Shown here in pieces: positions 13,081 through 26,198 of a stretch of DNA of 64,000 nt. Source of the DNA: Iphione sp. A-MEVVRFRX5 (Eukaryota); NCBI GenBank assembly GCA_976226885.1, contig OZ320313.1, positions 60,946,001-61,010,000 on the forward strand, given 5' to 3'. Position 1 is the first letter of the stretch, and the number at the start of each line of letters is the position of its first letter. The notes beneath the pieces are model-generated. The model was not told where the DNA came from. It saw nothing but the letters and a program-made list of their open reading frames with translations, and did not search any database. The position numbers and the translations under genes are program-made.

Positions 13081-14698
13081 CCCAATGGTGCTATGCTCTG
13101 TTTTAATATGACCGGGCCAAGGATCTGTGGCCCGTAAACAAGAGTGGTTGCTCTGGAGAAGTTCGCAAAAATTCACGGATGTGACACTCTTCCCAAAATA
13201 GCAATCCTAGTTTAAAAAGGAACTGAATTATGTGAGTACCTATAATACCGTTAGTGCGTTAGTATTTCCCCAACTAGACACCGATCAAATATCTTATCCG
13301 GGTATGAACCAACCCGTCACTCCTCGACCTTAACAAAACATCCAAATTTATATTCTGCGAGTTTTTATGGCGATCATTACCTTTATGCTGAAATACAGGT
13401 TTTATTCATCCAGTGGACAATTTTGACAGGAACGCCAGGCTGCCAGCATACTTGGGCTGCTTGTAAAACCACTAGAGCACCAGAATCAAAGAGCTCCTCA
13501 GACTAGGCTTTTTCGCGCTGCACGCTCCTCTTTTCAAGCTATATTTATTGTCCGGGCACTTTAACGTCCGGCATGGAGCCAGCAAGACAAGGCGTGGATG
13601 AAAAGCTAGCGTAAGGGCGAGGTACGAGGAGACACTCGGAGGATGCCCCTAAAGTAGATGAGACACGCGAAGGTGCTGCCTTGCGAGCTACATGTATTCC
13701 TGGGATTCCTGTTTTCATGGCCATCCTTTATTGGCCTTGCTGTATAGATGAAAGATGAAACTGGTGTCAACGGTCAGATATTTCAGATTTTATTGTCACG
13801 GCTTCCTATGTACGTTTTATTTTTCTCTGGTGTGTTGATTAATTACATTGAATGAATATAGACAGTATGTGAAGGACATTTGATTAGGCCTGACAAAAAA
13901 ATCTAGATTATAACTAATTGTAACTTTTTATTTTTTCATCTTTATTGAATAATGATAGAGACATGTTCTATACACCAAATTACTCCTTGGGGCACTAGCT
14001 TTCATTTGATATAAGTTTTAGTAAAATCTAAGCAGTAAAAGTGAAGAAGAAAAAGAAGGTAACATTTTATTTCCATATCACATGAACATATACATTTAAG
14101 TTTCAAAAGTAAAGTCACCATCTGTTCTTGCATCATCTGACCTAAACCTAGTGGAGAGTCTATCTCTTCAGAAGTCGACTTTAAACTATTTTTGTGTTTT
14201 TGTTTCAAAAAGGGACTTAGAAATCTTAGCTAACATTCTAAATTTTCCATATGTTGAGACTTGATCTTCTGTATATTGAACTGTTCATGGTCTTCTCAGT
14301 TAAGAAGCCACGTCAAGAAGTAGACATGCCTTATTGCTTGATATAGATAAGCATGTCACTTTATAGTTATTCAATAGATTTTATTGTTTTCATGCGTATT
14401 TAGCCAACCTTTTCGGGGAGATCAAACGCTCACTTGCAATTGATTGCTAGTTTAAAATCTCGAATATTATTGTCCTGAGAACAAATTGATCGTTCCGTTT
14501 GTAATTTTCCACTTCTTTTGTTTCAAGTCACGCGTCTATTCGCTAAGAATGGTTTCCTGTTTGAGGTTTTCGGTAAAAATGCCTTTTCTGTCCGACAAGA
14601 GGGTAATAGAAATTGAAGCGAATATCCGGGGTTGCGAACGAACCAAAATGAGTTTTGTGTCAGACCATAGCGAGAGCCATGTCATGTTTTGCGACGTT

Positions 14699-14765
14699 CG
14701 CCATTCGGCACCGACGCAGCCGCGCGTCATCAATATGACGTCAATCTCCTGTCACGTGACGCCCG
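14699..14765. promoter_or_regulatory. CpG-rich motif cluster: full CRE and GTCACGTGAC E-box palindrome
   Basis: TGACGTCA at 14736-14743 and GTCACGTGAC at 14751-14760. Extra CRE half-sites in cgcgtcat (about 14722) and a partial YY1-like cgccatt at 14699-14705. Motifs seen directly; promoter function is inferred. Confidence 0.45.
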
Positions 14766-16059
14766 ATACGCAGCCTCCTTCGCGCATGGGTGCAACGACA
14801 GAAGAAGTGCTTTTGGTGATGTTGCCTGTCATGCAGTTCCCCATCCATATCCCCCCCAATCTATGCTCCCAGGACAACCTTATAATTCAATCTAAGCACA
14901 ACTCGAACTTCCAAACCATTTTGAACTTCATTTTGATTATTTCCACCAAAGAATATACATTTATAGCCATTGATTCTTTGCTCTAACAGCTTGAATATAG
15001 TGTGGAGGGAAAATATTCATACCAAATGCCCACGATAACATTCTTTCCCTCGTACATTGATATTGTATACATCCATGTTGAATATGCACGTTACCCAGGT
15101 TACCTGAATGCGATCCACCCTGTAAATGGCTACACATTAGGCCTCGGTATGTAAATGGTTCCTATTCGTTGACTTGCCTGTGGCAGCTATTCTGCAGGAG
15201 TGAAGGCATTATAGTTCGAGCGTTGACAGAGGGCACCACTGAGCCCAAGCGGTCTGATTTCTCCGTGACCAAACAACAACATAACAATTGATTTATTGAG
15301 CGCTAAGTGTCTTTCCAGTTGACTCGACTCGGGCAAGTGAGAGACAGAAGTCCGAAGGGATTTTTTGTAACAGAATCTCCCATGTCCCCCTTTCATAGCA
15401 TCAGTCGGAAATAAAGGATGCGCACAACACAAAACAGACCATTATTTGAAGTAAATGAAGATTTCTGTCCTGAGTGAGCTCACTTATCCATTCTCTCGTT
15501 ACAGTTTCTGCATCAGCAATTCTAAAGGATAGAATGTAAAAGACGTTTATCTGACACTTGCAATCAAATTATATATACCCTCTTAGAAAATATCACTTTT
15601 TGGCCTTCAGTTTGTAGAGAAGAGACAACCCGCGGTTCGTTCTAGATACCTACGATTATTTTGATATTTCAGTTGGCTGTCACGAGTCAATATTTTAATA
15701 ATCAATGCCTATCCCTGTTAATTAAAGTCAGCTATAAAGTGATATGGCTTTAGTTTTTAATGAATAACTCGTAATTGCAAATTTATAGACAATGGTACCC
15801 TATGGATATCGTTAGAAGAGACAGTCATAGTACATGTACATTTTTTAAATGAAAATTAACGAAGTAAAGATAACACCCATCTTCCCTTTTATTGCCCATA
15901 GAAATAACCTAAAACAACATAAAATAGTTGTTTTGGATGGTACCATATAATTGTTTATAACTGAATTTTATTCAAACTCCCCAACTCTACTTCCAGTCTG
16001 GCATACTCTAATGACAAATGATAGGGAATGCAGTCCGTTGACTGGTTATTGTGTCATTA

Positions 16060-16116
16060 TCATCTTGAATTCAGGCATTTCCGATTTACAATCCGAAAAG
16101 CCTGAATTCAAGATGA
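16060..16116. repeat. 57-nt near-perfect hairpin/inverted repeat
   Basis: tcatcttgaattcaggc (16060-16076) pairs perfectly with gcctgaattcaagatga (16100-16116). The intervening atttccgatt/aatccgaaaa pairs at 8 of 10 positions around a 3-nt loop. Confidence 0.92.
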
Positions 16117-17503
16117 AAAGCTGATGAAAAACTGAGTCCAAAAAAATACGATTTGACAACGGAATCCAAAATCTGATAGGACCATCGGAATGTGTACGAT
16201 GAAAAAGGTAATATATTGTATTATTATGAAAGCATGTACATGTATTGTGTAAGCCACTGCAGACACTCTTTCCCAGTACGTAGGGAGAGACACCCAGCAG
16301 AGTTCTGTTCAACGAGATTTCTCTGTGTGGACATCGTTTATTTCAAGTAGCCACTAAACCTTGGTACGTCAGTCCTTGGATCACAGACACATTACAAAAT
16401 TATACAGCATCAATAAGCAGTACTAGGCTTTAACGTTAATGTTTACGTGCGTCCTGTTATATTATTGATGCAAATGTTTCCTTTGGAAACTAGTCAACTG
16501 TAACAATCTAAGTCAGTGTAAGAACATCCTGGGGCTGATGGCTATTTTTATATACTACATCAAGACACAGGCGCCCGCACACACACAGACACACACATAG
16601 TCCATTACGTTGATAAAGACTATGAAAATGTGTCATGCCTGTTGCATTACTAGTCACGAACCCGTTTGTATGCTTCACGACTGCGGGCTCTAGGACGGTT
16701 TCCACTGAAGCTTTACCTGTCTTTAGTTTTTAACTAGCTCCGCGCAACAAAACTGGAACGAGCGGGGAAATGTTTACATTGTCGTATAATCGGACTTGAT
16801 CTACTACATATTGCGGACAGCGATTTAAAATGATTAGACGCCGTTAATTTGCTGTTCTGTCAACCTTCTATAAATCCGAAAGCAGGAAAGGTACTTTGAT
16901 AATTAATTCTACTCGCAGGAAGGCTTAAAAGCAGAACCTGGCTTGCATTCACTGCAGCTGTTTTATATCACGTGCATACTCTATGTTCGGCGTGTATGAG
17001 TATTCTTTAAAAAAAACAAGTTTCACATTGCGTTGACGCCAATCTGAAGCCACTAGCTGAGGCAGTGCCGCAAAATTTGAAAGCTATCGTGACGGCTTCA
17101 TTTTCCCATATTGGTCTGTTTATATCAATATGGACAGCTAGCGTTATCGACTGTCCCAAGATGGGGTTCCTGCCAGTGACGACCGGTGTTTGGTCGTCGA
17201 ACGGCCCCAGAAGACAGCGTGGTGACTCGGAGAAAATAACAGGGCAGACAGATAAGGCGGCTGTGTACGTGGCCCACCTCCTTGAATTATCTATGATCGT
17301 TGAAGAGCTCATCACGAGTAGGGCACAGGGACGGTATTGCTCATTTGAATCTTAAGGCGCAGTATGGCCACCACTATCTCTCTAACGGCAGGGTCCAATC
17401 TCCTACTAGAGAACGTTTTCTATGGCCGCCGAGCTTTGCGTAGATAGCACCCACAAATATCACGCTTGTAAAATACACTACGTCATGTTTTGTGCGTTCG
17501 CAG

Positions 17504-17533
17504 GGCGGGGAAAATGGCCAAAGTACCAATCGA
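17504..17533 (+). other. Candidate 30-nt cassette microexon
   Basis: ttttgtgcgttcgcag | ggcggggaaaatggccaaagtaccaatcga | gtgagt. Canonical AG and GTGAGT, length a multiple of 3, open in all three frames. No host gene identified. Confidence 0.25.
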
Positions 17534-17859
17534 GTGAGTCGTAGCGGGAGAGAACGAATCTTGATAGTCTACACCATTATGCCTTCGCATTAACTACGCT
17601 GACTCACAGGTCAATGGGGCACCGCACGACGCAGTAGTGGACTGTTAAGAGTGATGGGCACTTCACAAGGCTCCGAGACCACTTCATCCCGAGTGGCTCT
17701 CCATCTCATGAGTGTATGTCGGTCAGGGAATGGTTTTCAATACCTGGAACTGGCCGCGCTGGGGGTAACAATGGCAATGGAACCCAGGTGTACATAATGC
17801 CTGATATCCCATCTGTTTGCTGGGACCGAGTGATCAACACGGCCCGTTGTGAATCTTTC

Positions 17860-18246
17860 ATAGATGCAAGCACCTACAGATAACTCGGTTGCATGTCGCC
17901 TTTACACGGCAGCAATTCTAGGTCCCACACCTCCTATCCCAACACACGTTCCCGAGGGTACCAGCAAGACAGTCGTGGCTCGTCTCAATCCGCATCCTTT
18001 ATTTACAGAACCACGTGACCGCCTATTCTCGCCGCGCAATGCGAGATCAAGTGAGACCTGGTCGACGGCCGGGCTTTGATCTCACCGCGCCTCAGACGAC
18101 ACACGAGATGTGCGACTCATCATGCGGACTTGTCGAGGCGTACTGTGGCCTGATCTCCTGTATTGCCACAAACACGCAAACGCACACAATAAAAAAAAAC
18201 GGAACGCACACAAATACACGCACACACGAACATACACATAAAAAAG
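17860..18246 (+). mobile_element. Possible decayed 3' end of an ingi/I-group-like LINE with A/CA-rich tail
   Basis: Translations contain HPLF...RL, RRPGFDL and QTTH..CDS, recalling the C-terminus of ingi-like elements, followed by aataaaaaaaaa and CA-rich sequence at 18170-18246. The segment expected between PGFDL and QT is missing. Confidence 0.2.
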
Positions 18247-21200
18247 ACCGCACCGATCAGATCTGCATGCATCAGACCTAAGTATACACCTATATATACT
18301 TATTTTTTTATCGAGCGGGTTCAGCAACCTGAGCCACTCTATTGATTAATGTGCAAAGGTTCCTCTCCTATGCTGACTCAAACGTTCCCTCAGCTATTCC
18401 TCATTTGCAAACTCTCATCAATCACCTCACCATTTTACCTTCGTTAAGGAACACCTGATCGTGGCGTCCAAACTTCATGGCAACTTCGTGGGTATGAAAG
18501 CCAGTTTGCAAATTCATTCCCGTTGCGTGATTAGAAATAACTTTCATCAATTTCCTAGGAGATCCAACAGGTGCCATTTATTCAATCATGCATCATCATA
18601 TCTGCGTACAGCTTTTTCATGTGAGAACTCCTGTAACATGGTATGATTACAAATTAATGCAATATTTGCATGTGGTAAAGCTATAGTACTTCAAATAAAC
18701 AGAAAGCAAAACATTCCTTCAGAGGGCACATATAGATACTCTCTAAAGCACAGTACGTACAATTTAATTGTTCTAGAGACAAACCGTGAACACGAGAGAA
18801 AACTTGTTAAACAACCCTAGGTACATTTTTCAAAGAGCTAGGTTGATTAATGGCTAAGGTCCAGTAGACCAATTAGGCGACCAGACAGTGATTGATCCAC
18901 CTAATGCAATAGGGCATTACAGAGTAAGCTGCTTCCTTCGACTCAACATCCAGCCAGCCTCACGCATTTCAGCCCAGCCGCTCGCTCGCGGGGCAACATC
19001 CCCGCGATCAGCCGGCCCTTGTTGCGACCTCCATATCACCAGTCTCTCCCTCCACCCCGCCGCTACTTTCGGTGAAAAGAGCGGGCTATGGCACGAAACG
19101 AGCTAAATGTTTGTCGATATGCGGAAGGTTGATAAATCGGTACGGCTCCCCGCCTGAGGACAACAAGGCCGAGTCAATAAGGTGGAGGAGGGGTAGCCGG
19201 TGTCGGGTCGTCGATGGCGGGGCCGGTCTGGGCACCTAGAGAGCACCCCAGAGACTACCCCACCCCCACCCATGTGTCGACACTCCAGTCGCACCGATGT
19301 ATATAATACAGAGAGCTGCGTGTTCCGACCGCCACATCTACTCTGTAAAACACGTCGACGAAAGGGCTGTAAATATCCGGCAGAGAACACGGCGACAAAT
19401 TTAACTAAAGTTTGCTTTTTGCTCAACCACCCACCCCCTCCACCTCAATATTTACAGAGATGTCTTTGAATGAAAGTACACAAAATGTAGTTTATCATGG
19501 CGCATGGCATTGACAAAACCGATGATAAACGAAAACACGCGTATACAAATTTCACCAATGCACATAGATAATGCATATGTGCATATTTATGTGTTCGATA
19601 ACATTTTAAGAAATTGAAACTTAAGTTTATGTGACAACACTTGAGAAGGGGAATAAGAAAGATAGCAAGTTCGTTTTTACCCGGAAGAAGAATTACCGGA
19701 CAAAAGTACAATTTTGTCAAGGACGCGCGCCGAAACACCCGGCATGAAAAAAACGAATCAATCAATGAGTAATTGATCGATCTTTAAATTACGACTCAAC
19801 ACGTAATCATAGTTCAAAAAGGAACTTTTTTGATTCAGAATGAAAATTGTATGCTACACAAATTTCAACACGATGCCCAAGTAATTATTTTTCACACGTG
19901 TGCGAAAATCGTACGGATATGGCTCATACTCATAGGTTTATTGAGACAAAGATTTACTATGGTTCCCACACGAAACCATTGCATGTCATATAATTCACTG
20001 GGTAGCTAATTCAGTTTGCTTGCCAACTGCGTACAGTTTAGTAGTATTTTTCCTCCACAAACCTATCTATTCTGAAGCAGGCGGACATTGCACAGAGGTC
20101 TCCGAGGCGTCCTATATACAACTAATTTCACGGACGAGCGAAAATGACGATGATTTTATACAGGGTAATCTTTATTGCGTCTACATTGCTGGTTTCCTAT
20201 CAGTTTTAACAATTTTCACATCAACGTAAATGTACAAACCTTCAATTTATGAACAAAGAGACTCCAACTTATCAGTTCTGATTAGTCGGGAACGTAAATT
20301 GAAGTCAGCAGCGTCCTTAGTAACGCTAGACAATGAGTCTACACTCCGTGACTCGTCATATATTATATTCTTATTAAAACGTTCGTCTACTCTCTATTCA
20401 TATTGATGTCACATTCGCTTATGTCGTGATTTATTGCATTAACGGGCTACCGACTTCTTTGTTCCGTCTTTCAAGGTATCTAGGCATCATAAGCTATAGA
20501 ATATATCCTTACATGTACGGCGATCCTTCCCCTCCGCATGTGAATTGTTGAATAGTACTCATTTTTCAGATCATTTCAAGGTTTCTTCTTAAAGTCCTAA
20601 CATTCATTAGAATGAGAAAACAAGAAGGCATAATCGTTTGAATCATCTATTAGAAACTGGTATGGCTACATAGATCCTTGTGTTGGCTTTAATCATATTC
20701 ATTATGGTATTGAATATAATGCGGTACACTTAACACAGTGATGGATAACTCACTAATAGGAAGGATTGCCCCTGGCATATCAGGTTACCGTAGGAAACAA
20801 CCTTACATTCGAGGATGTATTTTACGTTAATGTGTTAAGTAAACCGCTTCGAGATGGAAACATTTTCCATCTCATACCTTACAGTGGCGCTACGTCGATT
20901 ACACACGTACCAGAATCCAATCTTTGAATCTGTGTGTATATAAAGACCCAATAATAAGCTCTAGGGAATTGGTCGTGGCGACGTGGTCGGCACCCTCGCA
21001 TATAACTGCCTTATTGCAATAGCAATGAAACTGATGGCAGCAGGTGGAACGTCAGATCGGGAACGTTCATCAAACCTAACTGTGTACTAGTTCCTGATCC
21101 CAGTTTCACAGTCACAGAAGTGCTGGACCCAAACATCGTGACAATAATACTAGACCGGGCGCGTCAACTATACAATCTGATTTTCGATAATAAATCCAGA

Positions 21201-21398
21201 AGCTTTGCCTAATGCGGTGTTCTTGCCAAAATGATGCAATTGGAAAAGTGGGAGGACGCTATGTTTTGGCTTAGCGGATAAGAACTCTTAATGCAGTTGC
21301 GGTCCTTATACATGTATTCTCATTGGCAGTTCGAGAAATGTGATTGATAAAAGTCCAGCAGGAATTTGTCAGTAACTAACAATCTATAAAAGTATCAA

Positions 21399-21846
21399 GG
21401 CCCAAAAAATTGGTACGTTTCTGGTTACCTACCCGTACTTGGGAAAACCTCACCCGACCTAAAAATCATTTTCTTTGAAGAGTCTCTTAGGCTGAATTTT
21501 CGTTGACATGTTTTCACAGTTCATGTTTTCATGACTGCATTTGTCAGGTTGGTTGGGTGCGTTTTTCGGGCCAAGGATATCATCTGAACAGTACTTTTTA
21601 TGTGCATGCTTTGGTTAATTTGGTAGGAAATACAAGAACCATGTAAATTTGAAAAAAATAACTGCAAAATTCATGCAAATTGGGTCCATAAAAAAGAAGC
21701 GTAAATTTCATGTAGACTGGGCCAGAAAAAAGCAAAATTTATGTATATTCAGCTAAAATATGACAAAATAAACGACATTTCAAAATGATGAAGTCTAGGT
21801 TTTGGGCTTTTTGGCTGTTCGTAATCAGAAATACCTTTTTTTGGGG
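21399..21846. mobile_element. MITE, GGC-terminus family copy C (diverged, longest)
   Basis: Left end ggcccaaaaaattggtacgtttctggttacctaccc...gggaaaacctcacccgacctaaaa matches copies at 24689 and 43073. Right end gtaatcagaaatacctttttttgggg (21821-21846) is inversely complementary to the left end. Target duplication not recognisable. Confidence 0.65.
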
Positions 21847-23399
21847 GGGAGGGGTCGCCAAAGTGATATCATTTAAATATTTGTACAATGCTATGATTTA
21901 TCACTTTTTCTCGCGGCAACGATATAGCCACGTTAAATCCGTTTTGCAAATACCAGTCATTAACAATTAAGTACTTATAACTATGCTCATATTCAAGTGT
22001 AGAACAATGGTTGAGATCAGTTCTTCAATGTTCTGTATAAAGCGGTCCTTCAAATGACCTTTAAAATCGATGGATGGCTTATGAGAAGATGGGGTTGATA
22101 CGAAGGAGTCTTGAAAAGCATGATGTGGCTGCCTTGTCCGCATCTTTGACCCTGGAGAATTGATTGGTGCGAGACCTCATCAGAATGTAATAACTCAATA
22201 CCCTCGGTAATGATCGGACAGGGAGAGGCTCTTTCAAAGAGGGAGGGGCTCTGAAATAGACCCTAGGAAACGTGCCTTTTCTTGGAAATCACTGTGGGAC
22301 CGTAAAATACGTCCAGTAAAATGAGTTCAGCGGGAAAAAATGGGCGCTTTGTTCAAAACCACGGAGAACAATCTGTTGTCCCAGTCCCAGAAAGTAAATA
22401 TGTGAAGCGAATGTATTCGAAATGATACCGGGATGATATCTATCCGTGAAGAACCTTAGCGGTTCAAATAGACACATTACAAATAAAGGCAGAGGAAATG
22501 CATAAATCATGAATACGGCAAATTTACAAATACCCCCATTTGATGGAGCTTCCCATTCGCGAACGCCCGTCCCTCCCATTTAAGGTCGGCACTTCCTGTG
22601 TCTATTTATTTCTTTTTATTTTTTAGGTAGTTTAGTTTAAATCTGCCCGCCCCTCTGGTACAAGTGTTATCCGCAGCTGTTATTTGCGACCTTTTCGTTT
22701 TTGCACAAGAGGCCTCGAACATTAATTTAACATCCACACACAAAAACGGAAGTTTACGACCCCGACTGTGCATTATCCCTACCGCCTCACTGGATGTTGC
22801 AATTAAATGGTGAGGTTTTCTGTAGCTTCACCAATAATTAAGTGGCTAGGGCGAGAGAATACTAATAGCAGGGCCACTTTTTCATGTATCGACTCTCGTA
22901 AATTGAAACTTTAACTGGCTTTGCACCTTTTAAAGTCCCTAACAGTTTTCGAATGTTACCTAAATCCTATGCAATTGGAAAAACGTGATAGTTTTAGAGT
23001 CCATGGGGATATCCATGTAATTTAAAAATGCTCTCCGATATTATTTTGATACCGTCTCATAATAGAGACATAATAAAGTGGGCATTATCCATCACAGTTT
23101 CTTTCACACAACTGATTAGCATGTCAGACAAAATATAATCCTCAATATTTCCCTGATAAATAAACGATATAATTCGACATGTAAAGCATTTAGCGTTTCT
23201 CTACCAAACATAACAATATTAGTAACACATAATATAATTGTCGCCGAAATATAAATACGGATACTTACGATGCATCTTTTGTTAGATAGTATTCTATCAA
23301 AGAGGATGAACTAGGCTGACCACGTGGCATGAGAACATGAAGCAACGAGGGCCCATGCGTCGATCCTCATGCTGACGACGATTACTGAGCCGCTCTGGT

Positions 23400-23950
23400 C
23401 AGGTAGTCGTTGGTGAGCAGCTCTTGAGCATGACCCAGGCTCAATCACCACCTTGAGCAGCTCGATTTATGTTGGTTTCATCAGTGCCTGCGAGCATACC
23501 CCCAGGGAGGCTGAGAAGGTGATTCAAATTGTGGCGCTAGCGCGGAGTGATCTGGGTTGGAATTAATTTCAGTGGGTAGTCCCCGCTCAGGACAGGAAGG
23601 GGAAATGTGTGGTGTGGAAGGAGTGCGGCACAAGCAGGTTTTGAACTACGTCCTTGACTGAAACCACCCCTGCGGCTGTCAGGGAAGATGCTCCTGGCAC
23701 GACATGATTAGGACCTGCTTGACCTCCCAGCAATTAGCATAGTTAACGATAAGATCGCCAAAACAGGCGGCGGGCCGGGTCGTATAAACGAATTCTTTCC
23801 GCGAGGCAGGAGAATGACAATTAGGGCTGCAAGCAACGGAGTGGAAGAAGGTATAAAAAATGAGACGGACTCGAAATGCCCGAATGATAAAACGACCCCA
23901 AGGATTTGGCTGAGGCTGGGTTTTGTCAGCGCGCCGCCTCAAATTATTCC
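23400..23950 (-). mobile_element. Possible decayed L2-type LINE fragment
   Basis: Minus frames give AKSLGSFY (cf. AKNLGV.F) and HISP...LP (cf. HITP.L..LHWLP) in the expected order. Many stops; motif recall only. Confidence 0.2.
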
Positions 23951-24688
23951 CAATAATTGGAGGGAGACAGATTTTCCTTGAGAAGAATTACCTCTCAAGA
24001 AACCAGTCCTGGACAGCAGCAGCAATCAGGAAAGGAACTTAAATCTAGCGGCAACTTTCTGCTGGCCACTGGCATCATGTTATTGGCTGAGTGGAAAACA
24101 AACTCGCCAGAGTGGGCATTAGGAAGCGAAAACGAAGAGAGGTGGGCCAGGAATTCAATGAAATGAGATTCTCATTCATCATAGGAACGAATAAAAAGTA
24201 TCCCTTGGCTACTTCTTCAGAATTGTAAATGTTGCACTTTAGTGGCCTCACTTAAGCCAGTCTCCTTTAAACTGTATCAACCACATTAACAATAATATTG
24301 ACGAATTATGAATATTTTAATGCACCAAGGCATTTAATATTCGGTGGAATTTATCTTACTTTGATGAAAACAAAGGGACTAAAATCAGTCCATGGAATTT
24401 AATCAATATTTAACGATACAGACCCTGCGGAGCTATACGTACATGAAAATACTGGTGTGGGAATAGCGTCTTCTGAATAGCCTGGTAGAATAAGTTACCT
24501 TTTTAGTTATTAATCCTTCGTAATAAACCCATAGCCTGTAGATGTGAAGAGTTTGTAAATCATTAATGAAAATTTACCAATAGATTTCTCAGCTGGTCCG
24601 GCTTTTGCCCTACCTTGAAATCGGGGAAACTTGTTTTTATCATGTATGAAATAACAAAAATCAAAGATCTATGTGTATTATGTTGTTA

Positions 24689-24981
24689 GGCCAAAAAAAT
24701 TATTGGTGTGTTTCTGGTAACCCACCCCTACCTAGTAAAACCTCACCCTACCTAAAATACGTGTTTTCATGGCACATATTTTTAGTAAATTTAGTAGAAA
24801 AATAACAAAATCCATGGAAATTCACAAAAAAATTGTAAAACACATACATATTGGTCAAAATTCTTCATATTGTCTTTATCATTATTGAAAACAAGAGGAA
24901 GAAAGTGGGAAAAAAATACCACCCCTCCCTACCTAGGTTATTGGGTGGTCATGACCAGAAACAGACCTATTTTTTTTTGCC
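24689..24981. mobile_element. MITE, GGC-terminus family copy A, TTA target-site duplication (PIF/Harbinger- or Zator-like)
   Basis: tta|ggccaaaaaaattattggtgtgtttctggtaa ... tgaccagaaacagacctatttttttttgcc|tta. Inverted termini with TTA at 24686-24688 and 24982-24984. About 50 bp near the left end is nearly identical to 43088-43138. Confidence 0.85.
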
Positions 24982-26054
24982 TTATGCACGCAAGTTACCA
25001 GAAAATTTGATGCTTGAGATAAAGAAGGCAAGGAAACAACAAGAGGCTGGGAAACACATACCGGTATATATCAGGGTCCTGTAAAGGGTTTCTCTTTTGA
25101 CTCACTCTCTCTTTACCAGGTGGTCGTAAGGACATATACTTATTTAATTTAGAGACACAGATCGAGATGGACCTGGTTAGGATGCCGACATATAATAGAA
25201 CGAAATAAAATGAGACACATATATAACTGATATCTACTGAGACCAGACCGTTGGAGACACCAAATTAACTTAGCCCTTAGCTGCCTTTTCGAGATTCTAC
25301 TTCAATCATAAATAACTCATAGTTCTGTATGAGCTTTTTTTTATCGTAGAACTCGAAATAAACCATGAAGCTCATCTTTCTAAGGACGAAATATAAGCCT
25401 AGTCGCTGTAAAATATTATCTTTTTGTTTTAATCAACATCCATTCTAGTTGTACAAGGTTTTGAATTTCCCTGCTCCCGTAGCATAGTGATTTAAGCATA
25501 AAGGAAGTATGTAATCATCGAGTGAAGCACACTATTTGCTCTGCTCTGATGGGAAGTAATGGTGTGGCTCGGTGAATTTCATGATGAATGTTGCCTGGAC
25601 GATGCAAATTGCGAGCGTGTTCGGAAAGCTAAATACTCTTCCTAATATCTGATATTATGCAACATGCAGTGCCAAATGGGGGCCGTAGCTTACTCAGTTA
25701 TCGCTAGATTCATCGTGCCCTATTAGGTTAATTTACAGGCGAATTATCTCTCTGGTGCAACCGGTTGATTATTTTCCTCCAGATAAATCTTTCTCTGTTG
25801 CTGTTAGTATCTTAAGCTGCGTGTACTTCAGCTAAGTTTTAATTTCGAGTAGGTCAGGACTTTTTTCCCGAATGTCCGACGGTGTACGTGTGGTACTTTA
25901 TGATAAATGTTTGTTTTGAATGGCATTTTTGCACAATGCTTTCAACAGTCGAATCGGGTTACGCCCTCAGGGCCTAAATGCATTTTCAGTTCAAGTGGAA
26001 CATGCAATTTAAAAACACTAGTCTGTTTTTTGAAACATAACTGTTTTTATACAG

Positions 26055-26198
26055 TCCCTCGATCTCCTTCCTTTCCCTGCCTCTCACTCTGTCGCTCTCT
26101 ATCTCTGTCTTTGTCCCTCCACTCATTTCCTCCTTTCGCTAGACCCCCAGACTCCTAACTTTCCGTACCCACTTCTTCCGTTTTGTTTGCCTATCTTT
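26055..26198 (+). repeat. Pyrimidine-rich (CT) low-complexity tract
   Basis: ctccttcctttccctgcctctcactctgtcgctctctatctctgtctttgtccctccactc...; strong C/T skew on the plus strand. Confidence 0.85.

Noticed and set aside
14486-14986. Longest ORF (166 aa, plus strand)
   Set aside because: Non-ATG start, no recognisable domain, hydrophobic and low-information composition; it merely crosses the CpG-rich motif cluster.
20851-20873. 10-bp perfect hairpin gagatggaaa-cat-tttccatctc
   Set aside because: About one such stem is expected by chance in 64 kb.
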